Under the pieces are notes generated by a model. It was not told where the DNA came from. It saw only the letters and a list, made by a program, of their open reading frames with translations, and made no database searches. DNA of 64,000 bases from Betaproteobacteria bacterium. GTDB taxonomy: Bacteria > Pseudomonadota > Gammaproteobacteria > Burkholderiales > Methylophilaceae. The stretch is from contig JAHZMC010000021.1 in NCBI GenBank assembly GCA_022599515.1, positions 8,708 to 72,707 of the forward strand, given 5' to 3'. This document shows positions 35,511 to 43,646 of this stretch, piece after piece. How positions within the stretch are numbered: the stretch's first letter is position 1; the number at the start of each line of letters is the position of its first letter. Position numbers and translations under genes: made by a program.

Positions 35511-38198
35511 CTAAAACTTTAATATGCCTTTGAGTTTTTCTTTTGCTTTGTCTTCAACTGTTTCTGGTTTTTCAGCGGGTGCTGCTTCTGTTGTTGCACC
35601 TTCAGCCGCTGGTTCGGTCGCAGCTGCATCTGACGCCGTATCTGCAGGTTTTTTCTTACCGAGTAAACCTTTAATCGCATCTATTTTGTTGTCGCCGCCA
35701 ATAAGCTCTTGTACGGCAGCACCCTTTTCGCCGCCTACTTTTTCTAATAATTTAGATTTAGCTAGGCCTGTCACAATGGCTTGGGTGTCTAGTCCAAATT
35801 TTGGATCAGCGAAGGTACCTGATATTTTTAATGGAATACTGATGCCAGCCAGCTCATCTAAATTTTCACCACCTTGGCCTTTTATCGATTTGACGATGGT
35901 TGGCGCGGCTGTGTAATTCAGGGTTTGGTTACCAATATTAATATCGCCAAAGCTATCGCCTTTTGCTAAGCGTAGGATAGGTGCTTTCATGTTTAAATCT
36001 TCGTTGTGGGCGATGCCATTTTTAATAGTAAAGCTAGCATTCAGCTCACTAAAGTCTGTTTTTTGCTTTTCGTCAGAAGCGGTTTCTACCGCTTTGCCTT
36101 TTAGCAAATTGACCTTACTTTTAATATCGCGAATTTTCCCCGCAATATCAATGCCTTTCAGTGCGCCATCAGCTAATGCGAGTGAAGAGGTGCCCGCTAA
36201 GTTTTTTTTAAACGTATTAACCTTATTACCTTGCGTTGCAATATCAATATTAACCGTGCCAGTTCCAGACAGCATGTCGTTATTAATAGTGTCTTGTAAT
36301 AATTGGCCAACAGCCACACTGCTCATGCTTTGTTTAAAGGCAATGTTAGGTGTTGCGCGGGCATCTACATTGAGCGAGCCTTGCATATTGCCGCCATATA
36401 AGCTGGCAGAAAATGGCGCTAGTGTTGCTACGCCACCATCAGCTTTTAGGTCTATGCGTACGTTTTGCAATTTTGTTTGACCATAACTGAGTTTGCCTAT
36501 GCGTAGCGAGCCATTCGCGTTTAACGCTTTTAATGCGCTTAAATCAATCACTTCATCGCCTGTGGTTTTTGTGTCTGAAGTTTCTTCTGCATTCACATAA
36601 TCATTCAAATCAAGCTCATTAATATCAAGGTCGAATGTGTATAACGGCTTAGCAAATTGACTGACGCTTAGTGCGCCTTTGATTTGGCTGTCATTTAATT
36701 TAACGTTTAAACCATTAATCGCCACTTTTTTACCATCTGCTTTAACGCCAAGATTCAACCCTGAGATTTGGTGTTTGTCATACAGAATGCTATTGATATT
36801 CACTTTACCGTCTAGTAGTAAGGTATTAAGCGCTGTCAGATCCGCTGGCTCTTTAGAAGCAGATTCGCTAGCAGCTTTTGGAGGGCCCAATAATTTATTA
36901 AGGTCTAACTTATCTGCATTCAAGTTGAATTTAATATTCGGCTGTTTAAAGCTAGCAACCGCAACATCGCCATTGAGTTTAGTGTCTTCTAACACAATAT
37001 TAAACTTGCTGTTAGCCAACTCTTTTTTAATATCGGCATGCGAACTTAAATTGAATGTGCCTTTAACTGTGCCATTCGGTAAGCTAGGGTTTTTAATATC
37101 GAGCTTGCCAACCAGTTTTGGAATATCAAAGATTAATGCTTCGATATTGCCTTTAAATGGTGAAGAGAATTCACCCTTCACAGTGCGTTTACCTTGCACC
37201 ATTGATAAATCACCTGTGATGCCGCTACTTTGAATCGCTTTAGGCGAGCCTTCCATATTGGCTAACACCATATTCACTTTTAAATCGCCGTCAGTTTTGG
37301 TTTGCGCAAGGTTGATAGTGATTTGTTTACTATTAACCTTGTCTTTTGCAATATTGACAGCTGGTGCGCTTAAATTAACCGCTTCTTTTACGCCTTTAAA
37401 ATCGCCAGAAGCAGCCAGTTTTAGATCATTAATTAAAAATTCCATGCTTTCTGTTTGCGCATCAATATCACCAGTGGCGGTAATATCAACATCTTTGCCA
37501 TCAAGCATTTCGCCTTGCATACTGCCATCTAAGCCTTTCACAACAAAGCGTTTATTGTCAGGATCGTATAAGAAATTACCTTTAATCGCAGTATTAGCAG
37601 CAATGGCAGGCTGATTCGCTTGAATCATGAAGTTAGTGTCTAAATCAACCGGCTCACCTAGTGCAATATGGCTCGAGCTTAAATTAAATTGACTGATGTT
37701 ATAGGTAGCTTCGTTTGCCTCATCAGCATAATTCACTTCCGAATTCGTGACATTAATGCCCTGCACATTAAATTCAATTTCTGATGATTCAGATTCATCT
37801 TTGCTTAAGAAATCATCGTAGTTGGTTGTGCCATCCTTATATTTCACAATATTGGCTTTAGCGCCATCAATGTAAATAGTGTCAACTACCAGTGATTTTT
37901 TAAGTAAGGGCATAACCGCAAGCGCAACTTTAGCGCTGTTGATAGAAGCAAATTGGTTGTTCGAGGCATGTTCAGAAATAGCCACTTTGCCTAAATCTGC
38001 GCCCAATTTTGGCCAAAAAGACAAGCTAATATCACCATCAATGGTTAAATCGCGGTCATATTTTTCTTTAACAAGTTGGATGACTTGCGGTTTATAGTCA
38101 TTCGGATTAAAGGTCGCCGCAAAGTAAGCCATCACCAGTGATGTTAAAAGAATAATGCCACCAAGCACCAAGGCAGTTATTTTTAAATACTTTTTCAT
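35511..38198 (-). CDS. AsmA family outer-membrane biogenesis protein
   Basis: 895 aa with an N-terminal TM anchor, a long beta-rich repetitive body and an AsmA-type C-terminal region. Its stop lies 1 nt from the mutY start. Confidence 0.85.
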   Translation of the reverse strand: MKKYLKITALVLGGIILLTSLVMAYFAATFNPNDYKPQVIQLVKEKYDRDLTIDGDISLSFWPKLGADLGKVAISEHASNNQFASINSAKVALAVMPLLKKSLVVDTIYIDGAKANIVKYKDGTTNYDDFLSKDESESSEIEFNVQGINVTNSEVNYADEANEATYNISQFNLSSSHIALGEPVDLDTNFMIQANQPAIAANTAIKGNFLYDPDNKRFVVKGLDGSMQGEMLDGKDVDITATGDIDAQTESMEFLINDLKLAASGDFKGVKEAVNLSAPAVNIAKDKVNSKQITINLAQTKTDGDLKVNMVLANMEGSPKAIQSSGITGDLSMVQGKRTVKGEFSSPFKGNIEALIFDIPKLVGKLDIKNPSLPNGTVKGTFNLSSHADIKKELANSKFNIVLEDTKLNGDVAVASFKQPNIKFNLNADKLDLNKLLGPPKAASESASKEPADLTALNTLLLDGKVNINSILYDKHQISGLNLGVKADGKKVAINGLNVKLNDSQIKGALSVSQFAKPLYTFDLDINELDLNDYVNAEETSDTKTTGDEVIDLSALKALNANGSLRIGKLSYGQTKLQNVRIDLKADGGVATLAPFSASLYGGNMQGSLNVDARATPNIAFKQSMSSVAVGQLLQDTINNDMLSGTGTVNIDIATQGNKVNTFKKNLAGTSSLALADGALKGIDIAGKIRDIKSKVNLLKGKAVETASDEKQKTDFSELNASFTIKNGIAHNEDLNMKAPILRLAKGDSFGDINIGNQTLNYTAAPTIVKSIKGQGGENLDELAGISIPLKISGTFADPKFGLDTQAIVTGLAKSKLLEKVGGEKGAAVQELIGGDNKIDAIKGLLGKKKPADTASDAAATEPAAEGATTEAAPAEKPETVEDKAKEKLKGILKF

Positions 38199-38263
38199 GG
38201 TGATCCTTCGTTTAATTTAATGATCTATGTCAATCATGTTTGATGCAACTATCACTATAAAGT

Positions 38264-39061
38264 TTACCAGTAATAAAAGAGCACCAACGCACCAAATGCA
38301 ATACGATACCATGCAAATATGGTGAAATCATGACTGGCGATATAGCGTAGTAATACTTTAATCACGATAAGAGCCGCGATAAATGCAGTGATAAAACCAA
38401 TCGCAAAAATTAGAAAATCATCAGCGGCCAGTAAATCTCTGCTTTTATATAAATCGAAAATAGTTGCGGCAAACATTACAGGAATGGCTAAAAAGAACGA
38501 AAACTCAGTAGCGGCCGTTCGAGATAAGCCAAACACCATGCCACCGATAATGGTTGAGGCAGCTCTAGATGCGCCCGGGATTAATGCAATCGCTTGCGCA
38601 AAGCCCACTTTTATTGCCTGCTTCCAGTCCATGTCATCTACAGAATGAACAGTCACTTTAGGCAATTTTTTCTCTACCCATAAAATAATAAAACCACCAA
38701 TAATCAGCGCAATCGCAACCGATTTTGGATTGAATAATAAGGCTTTAATTTGCTCGTGAAACGCTAAGCCGATAATGGCTAATGGCAAAAAAGCGATGAA
38801 TAGATTAATCACTAATTGCCGAGATTTTTGTTCATTCAAATGCGTGGTGACATGCATGACTTTGGTACGATATTGCCATACCACTGCCAAAATCGCGCCT
38901 AATTGAATCACAATTTCAAACACATCACGTTTTTCTTTACTCAAAAAGTTGAGAATATCACCACTGATGATGAGATGGCCGGTGCTGCTGACGGGTAAGA
39001 ATTCTGTAGCGCCTTCGACGATACCCATGATGATGGTTTTGAGAATTAACAGTAAATCCAT
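38264..39061 (-). CDS. uppP: Undecaprenyl-diphosphate phosphatase
   Basis: BacA/UppP signatures (GIVEGATEFLPVSSTGHL, PGASRAAST). The start is set at the ATG at 39061, because the longer ORF start at 39118 lies inside the yidB terminator hairpin. Confidence 0.9.
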   Translation of the reverse strand: MDLLLILKTIIMGIVEGATEFLPVSSTGHLIISGDILNFLSKEKRDVFEIVIQLGAILAVVWQYRTKVMHVTTHLNEQKSRQLVINLFIAFLPLAIIGLAFHEQIKALLFNPKSVAIALIIGGFIILWVEKKLPKVTVHSVDDMDWKQAIKVGFAQAIALIPGASRAASTIIGGMVFGLSRTAATEFSFFLAIPVMFAATIFDLYKSRDLLAADDFLIFAIGFITAFIAALIVIKVLLRYIASHDFTIFAWYRIAFGALVLFYYW

Positions 39062-39104
39062 GATTGTTCTAAAAGTGATTTCTATTTGATAGTGACGGAC
39101 GATT

Positions 39105-39140
39105 AAAAATGCAGACATTAAGTACTCGTCTGCATTTTTT
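39105..39140 (-). terminator. Rho-independent terminator after the yidB-like gene
   Basis: aaaaATGCAGACattaagtactcGTCTGCATttttt. Confidence 0.75.
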
Positions 39141-39152
39141 GAATGATTTATC

Positions 39153-39542
39153 TTATTTAAGCATGCCTAAAACAGTGCCAAGCAAGTCATTAGAGTTGTT
39201 ATTCACTTCACCATTCGGCGTCATTTTATCGATAACATTCGGTAAATGCTCTGCTAATTGACCGCTAAGCATATCTGGGCTGAGACCAAATTTTCCTGCA
39301 ATTTCAGCAATGGTATCTGCGCCCAAGGCATCTGTAATTTGGTTAGATGAAACTGGCGCATTTTTGCCATTGCCAACCCATGTTGCTGCAATATCCGCTA
39401 AACCGCCTTCTTTGAGCTTAGTCAAAACACCGTCTATCCCGCCAAATTTGTCGAGCATCTCCATGGCAACTTTTGCCATATCCGATTTTTCACCCAACAT
39501 TTTGCCTAAAACTGCGCCTGCAACACTATCAAATAAGCCCAT
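39153..39542 (-). CDS. YidB family (DUF937) protein
   Basis: 129 aa, Gly/Leu-rich, with N-terminal MGLFDSVAGAVLGK and a DUF937-like pattern. Confidence 0.7.
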   Translation of the reverse strand: MGLFDSVAGAVLGKMLGEKSDMAKVAMEMLDKFGGIDGVLTKLKEGGLADIAATWVGNGKNAPVSSNQITDALGADTIAEIAGKFGLSPDMLSGQLAEHLPNVIDKMTPNGEVNNNSNDLLGTVLGMLK

Positions 39543-39626
39543 TGTTCTGTCCCTTTGTTAATTATGATTTTGAACTGAGAAGAATACCTTAAAATTGCTC
39601 GTTGTCGCGTAAATAACGCCACATGC

Positions 39627-40916
39627 CTAGTGGTATTTACCTAAATTTACACTTCCAATACGCACGCGTTTTAAGCCTACAACATGCAAGCCAACCATTT
39701 CACACATGCGTCTAATTTGGCGCTTCTTACCTTCGCGTAACACAAAGCGTAATTGGTCTTCATTTTGCCAGCTGACCTTAGCTGGTTTCAGTTGTTCGCC
39801 ATCTAAACTTAAGCCATGATTAAGTAGCGCCAAGCCTTTTTCGTCTAACTCACCTTCAACGCGGACTAAATATTCTTTCTCTACGCTCGAGTCTTGACCA
39901 ATCAAATGGCGTGCAACACGACCATCTTGAGTAAGCACTAACAAACCTGTTGAATCAATATCCAAGCGCCCTGCTGGTGCAAGTCCTTTTAAGAATCCAC
40001 GTTGAAATTCTTTTGCGTTATGTTCATTTAAATCAGGATCTTCTAGCCATTCATTATCAGGATGCACTAAAACAATTGCTGGTTGATAACCATCTTCAGC
40101 TTGTCCGCTGACATGGCCTACTGGCTTATGCAGCAAGATGGTCACGTTTTCAGCTTGGTGCTCCATCGCATAGCCGCTGACAACAATCTCAGCATCAGGG
40201 CTTACTCGTGTACCTAAGACATCGATAATTTCACCATCCACTTTTACCCAGCCGTTGACAATCCATTCATCTGCTTCACGACGCGAGCATAGCCCTAGTT
40301 CTGCCATGCGTTTTGATAACCTTGGTGATGAGTCATCTTGCTGGTTGGGTAGTTTCGCCGCTGCTTGTTGATGCGCAGATTTTTTTGCCGCACGCGTTTT
40401 ATCAAATTCACTGGCTACAAAACCATCACGCGCTTTACCGCCACGTCTTGGCGGGTTGCGGTTAGCGCCCTCGCGGTCAGCATATTGGCGGGTAGTATCT
40501 GATTGTATTTTTCCACCATCGTCTTGTCGTTTGCTAGGCGCCCTAGCGTCATCACGTTGAGGTCTGTCTCTTGCGCTATCGCGTTGCGGTCTATTTCGAG
40601 TATCATCACGTTGCGACCTATTAGGTTCACGTTCACTTCTTTTATCGACAAAAGAGCGATCTTTGAACTCGCTTCTTAAAATTGGCGCATCTGAGGCTGG
40701 TGCAGCAGCTTTGTTCGCAGGCTGCTCATGCAAGCTACCATCATATTTATGGTTACGCTGACGCGCGGGTTTCTCCGCAGCATGCTCGCTCACAAATGTT
40801 GGCTTTGGCGGCGGCGCTTTACTGCGGTCACGTTTCGATGGGTCAGCACGGCGTACAGGCGCTTTGCGCGCTGTCGGTTGGTCTGATGGTTTTTTGTTAA
40901 GCTTTAGTGTGGTCAA
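39627..40916 (-). CDS. RsuA/RluB/RluF-family rRNA pseudouridine synthase with an Arg/Asp-rich N-terminal extension; 3-prime end probably frameshifted
   Basis: S4 domain ([21 protein letters not shown]) and catalytic motif ([17 protein letters not shown]). The ORF stops at ...VNLGKYH*. One extra base in the T3 run at 39636-39638 gives the family-typical end ...[18 protein letters not shown], with a stop at 39589-39591. Confidence 0.85.
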   Translation of the reverse strand: MTTLKLNKKPSDQPTARKAPVRRADPSKRDRSKAPPPKPTFVSEHAAEKPARQRNHKYDGSLHEQPANKAAAPASDAPILRSEFKDRSFVDKRSEREPNRSQRDDTRNRPQRDSARDRPQRDDARAPSKRQDDGGKIQSDTTRQYADREGANRNPPRRGGKARDGFVASEFDKTRAAKKSAHQQAAAKLPNQQDDSSPRLSKRMAELGLCSRREADEWIVNGWVKVDGEIIDVLGTRVSPDAEIVVSGYAMEHQAENVTILLHKPVGHVSGQAEDGYQPAIVLVHPDNEWLEDPDLNEHNAKEFQRGFLKGLAPAGRLDIDSTGLLVLTQDGRVARHLIGQDSSVEKEYLVRVEGELDEKGLALLNHGLSLDGEQLKPAKVSWQNEDQLRFVLREGKKRQIRRMCEMVGLHVVGLKRVRIGSVNLGKYH

Positions 40917-40998
40917 AATGGGTTTCCTATTGTAATCAGCATTTTAACAGAAGCTGATTAACTTGCTTGCCACATATTTAACAAGCTGACTGATTGGA

Positions 40999-41487
40999 TT
41001 ACGCTAATAAACTGACTTTTACATCAACATGCATGGTGGCTTTATTTGATGGCAATCCCAAAAAACTCCCTGCAACTGGTGGGACAGCTTCAGGATTGCG
41101 GGCGACGGCAGTCGCAATATGTTTGCTACTGGTCACTTCTCCTGAGGTCGGGTCAAAGCCTTTCCAGCCAGTGCCAGGTAGATACACTTCTACCCAAGCA
41201 TGGGTGCTAGCATGGCCTTGCTCTGTCGCAGGCGCAACATCAATCTCATCAGCCGTTAAAATATCCGCAGAGGTCCGTATCGAAAATTCACCAGCAGGCG
41301 CAATTAAACGCTGACATAAATTACCATAATTGTCGGTATATTCCACCGCATGAATGCTGCTTGGTTTAAGTGTGTAAGACTCGCGCGCAATCCATTGCTG
41401 CAGGCCGCTACGTGGACGCAACATCAGTGTAAACGGTGTTTCGACGCTCACATCAAAAGTAATATCACAACCAGTACGAAGCCACAC
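40999..41487 (-). pseudogene. Transglutaminase-like protein lacking the catalytic Cys core (in-frame internal deletion)
   Basis: At 162 aa it is far shorter than the roughly 270-290 aa I recall for this family. It keeps an N-terminal Bact_transglu_N-like part (..DNYGNLCQR..) and the C-terminal His/Asp part (HAWVEVYLPGTGWKGFDPT). The segment that normally carries the nucleophile Cys (G.C.DF-type) is missing. Confidence 0.5.
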
Positions 41488-41570
41488 AGCATTTCCTTAA
41501 TAAAATGATTGATTGAAAGTAATAGAAAAGATTGTTAGCCGTTTGTATGAAAGTTAAAGCGACGGCTAAT

Positions 41571-41599
41571 AAAAAAAGCCAGTATACACTGGCTTTTTT
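41571..41599 (-). terminator. Rho-independent terminator after the TM-helix-repeat gene
   Basis: aaaaaaaGCCAGTatacACTGGCtttttt. A second hairpin (TTAGCCGT...ACGGCTAA) lies at 41535-41569. Confidence 0.8.
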
Positions 41600-41622
41600 A
41601 TTGTGAGCGACAGGATAATTGT

Positions 41623-43092
41623 TTATTTACCGTCACGCATTTTCTTAAACCAATATTCTAATTGTTTGCCAGCAGCTTCACGACCACCAAGGCCAAATGC
41701 TAGGGCAACGGCTACAGCAACTGAACCAAGGGTTAAGCCAAATGCCATGTTGACGATGTCATCTGCAATGCCCATTGCGCGTAGGCCCATTGCGACCACA
41801 AGGCCGACGATGGCAATGCGGGCGATATTGGCTAGGCCTGTTGATTTTTCGCCGCTTGCACGATCAATTGCATGGTAAGCAAGGTTGGCTAACCAGAAGC
41901 CAATGACTAGAATGACTGAGCCGAGTAGGATATCGCCACCAAACTGAATGAAGATGCTGACAATGTCGCTGACTTCTGAGAAGCCTAAACGATTGGCTGC
42001 TTCCACAGTGGCAAATAACATGGCAAAGAAAATGACGATTTTTCCAACAATGTCAGCGATTGTTGATTTTTTGTTAAATGTTTTTGCATAGCCTAGTTTC
42101 TCAGGCAGCTCGTTAAAACCGATGCTGGTGAGTAGATTGACAATCAGTGCGGCAACAAATTTAGCCACATAATAGGTGATGGTTAATATAACCGCTGCCG
42201 CTAAGATATTGGGCACCGCTTCAAACATCATGGAGAGCATATTGCTGGCTGGCTGAGAAACAGCACTCATTTGTAACGCATCTAAAGCGGCGATTAACGT
42301 TGGAATAAACACAAAGATAAACACCAACATACCAACAACGTTAGATAGTTTAATGGCGTTTTTACCATCCATATCCACTGCTTTTGAAACATTATCAATA
42401 CCGCTGGTTGCTAAAATATTGGTGACTAAACCGCGTAAAATTTTAGCAACAATCCAACCGACAAGTGCGATTACACCACCAGCAAAGATATTAGGAATCA
42501 TGACTAGAAATTCATCTACCATGCCTTGCACGGGTGCTAGTAAGCCGTTGAGTTCGAAGGTGGAAAGTAACGCAGGTAAGAACATTAAAATAATGATCCA
42601 AAACAGCATATTACCAACATTATTGCTCATTGGTTGCATGCCAGCTGCAGCGCTTAGTTTTTCGTCTAACTTGGTCGTTGCTAGTGCTTTAGTGACTATC
42701 AGTCTGACTAAAGTTGCAATTCCCCAAGCAATGGCTAGCAAAATTAATCCCGCAAAAATACGTGGTAAATATTCAAATATTTGCGTCACCATGACATTAA
42801 AAGGTTCAGAAACTGCTTGTAAATTTAAGCTACTAAATACGCCAATTAAAGTAATCAGTAGGATTAGAATAAAAGCGCCAAACGAGATGCCAGAAGCAAT
42901 ATCAACTTCTTGCCCCGTGCTTTCAGAGATTCTTTTGTTAATGCCTATCATGTTTAAAAAGCGGTTTAAGCCAGCGCGAACGAGTACAGCAATCAGCCAA
43001 CCACCTATCAACACAGCAAGCGCTCCAAAAATACCTGGTAGATGTTGACCCAATTGACCCTGCAAACTGTTCACAAGTGTAGAAAAGTCCAT
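41623..43092 (-). CDS. Conserved TM-helix-repeat (CmpX-like, mechanosensitive-channel-related) inner-membrane protein
   Basis: 489-aa polytopic protein made of repeated helix pairs of the type (..GGWIVAKILRGLVTNIL..GID..). Confidence 0.7.
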   Translation of the reverse strand: MDFSTLVNSLQGQLGQHLPGIFGALAVLIGGWLIAVLVRAGLNRFLNMIGINKRISESTGQEVDIASGISFGAFILILLITLIGVFSSLNLQAVSEPFNVMVTQIFEYLPRIFAGLILLAIAWGIATLVRLIVTKALATTKLDEKLSAAAGMQPMSNNVGNMLFWIIILMFLPALLSTFELNGLLAPVQGMVDEFLVMIPNIFAGGVIALVGWIVAKILRGLVTNILATSGIDNVSKAVDMDGKNAIKLSNVVGMLVFIFVFIPTLIAALDALQMSAVSQPASNMLSMMFEAVPNILAAAVILTITYYVAKFVAALIVNLLTSIGFNELPEKLGYAKTFNKKSTIADIVGKIVIFFAMLFATVEAANRLGFSEVSDIVSIFIQFGGDILLGSVILVIGFWLANLAYHAIDRASGEKSTGLANIARIAIVGLVVAMGLRAMGIADDIVNMAFGLTLGSVAVAVALAFGLGGREAAGKQLEYWFKKMRDGK

Positions 43093-43262
43093 TTGAAGTC
43101 CTCCTGAATTTTTATGAAATTGCAGATTCAGTTTACAACTAATTTCAGATAATACAAGGGAAAGGGGACAGTTAGCTGGGATTGGAGGCTAACGGTATCG
43201 TGGATATAAAGCGTAATTTAGGGGAGTATTCCCCTAAATTTTCTTAATGAGTTAGAAGTAAA

Positions 43263-43406
43263 TTATGTTCTCCATGGATGTTGTGGTAAATCACATTCAC
43301 CACATTTAGTCGCGCCAGCTACCGCAACGATATGGTCATTTTCAACCGTATCGCCACTCACACCAACAGCGCCAATCAGCATGCCAATCTGAAAAATCCA
43401 ACTATT
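43263..43406 (-). pseudogene. Remnant of a GlcG/DUF336 (heme-binding) gene, C-terminal end only
   Basis: The minus-strand translation ...[37 protein letters not shown]...* matches the conserved GlcG C-terminus ([11 protein letters not shown]...D..VA.A). A stop codon lies immediately upstream and there is no N-terminal part. Confidence 0.55.
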
Positions 43407-43438
43407 TCAATGACTTACTATTATCTTAGAAAACAAGC

Positions 43439-43495
43439 ATGCATTTTTTGCATGAAATGAAAGAAAGCATAATGGGTTCTATGCAAAATTTGCAG
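43439..43495. promoter_or_regulatory. Paired TGCA-N5-TGCA boxes (candidate enhancer/UAS) upstream of the cptA-like gene
   Basis: ATGCATTTTTTGCAT (43439-43453) and ATGCAAAATTTGCAG (43481-43495), 27 nt apart. They match the two boxes at 45461-45518 at 13/15 and 14/15 positions. Confidence 0.45.
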
Positions 43496-43595
43496 TTTTA
43501 TGTTGTTTATTACTCGCTTCGATTATTAAAATTAAAACAAGAATAACAATACGAATCAGTAATTTAGCTTGATTTAATTAATCGTTTACTAAACA

Positions 43596-43611
43596 TGGTA
43601 TTATCATTGCT
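43596..43611 (+). promoter_or_regulatory. Candidate sigma-54 (-24/-12) promoter of the cptA-like gene
   Basis: TGGTATtatcaTTGCT has GG-N10-GC spacing with TTGCT at -12. It lies 36 nt before the ATG at 43647, 101 nt downstream of the box pair, and is separated from it by an AT-rich tract. Confidence 0.5.
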
Positions 43612-43646
43612 CATAGCATTGGACAATTCAATCAATAAGCCATGAC

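Noticed and set aside
35524-37614. Several long plus-strand ORFs (130-184 aa) inside the asmA region
   Set aside because: They are antisense shadow ORFs of the 895-aa AsmA gene, with low-complexity Ser/Ala/Leu-rich translations and no motifs. The minus-strand gene explains the region.
42353-43048. 231-aa plus-strand ORF opposite the TM-helix-repeat gene
   Set aside because: It is an antisense shadow of a well-supported minus-strand membrane protein gene and has no recognisable domain. The same reasoning applies to 1572..1976(-), which lies opposite atpI, and to 12898..13269(+), which lies opposite the MgtC-like gene.
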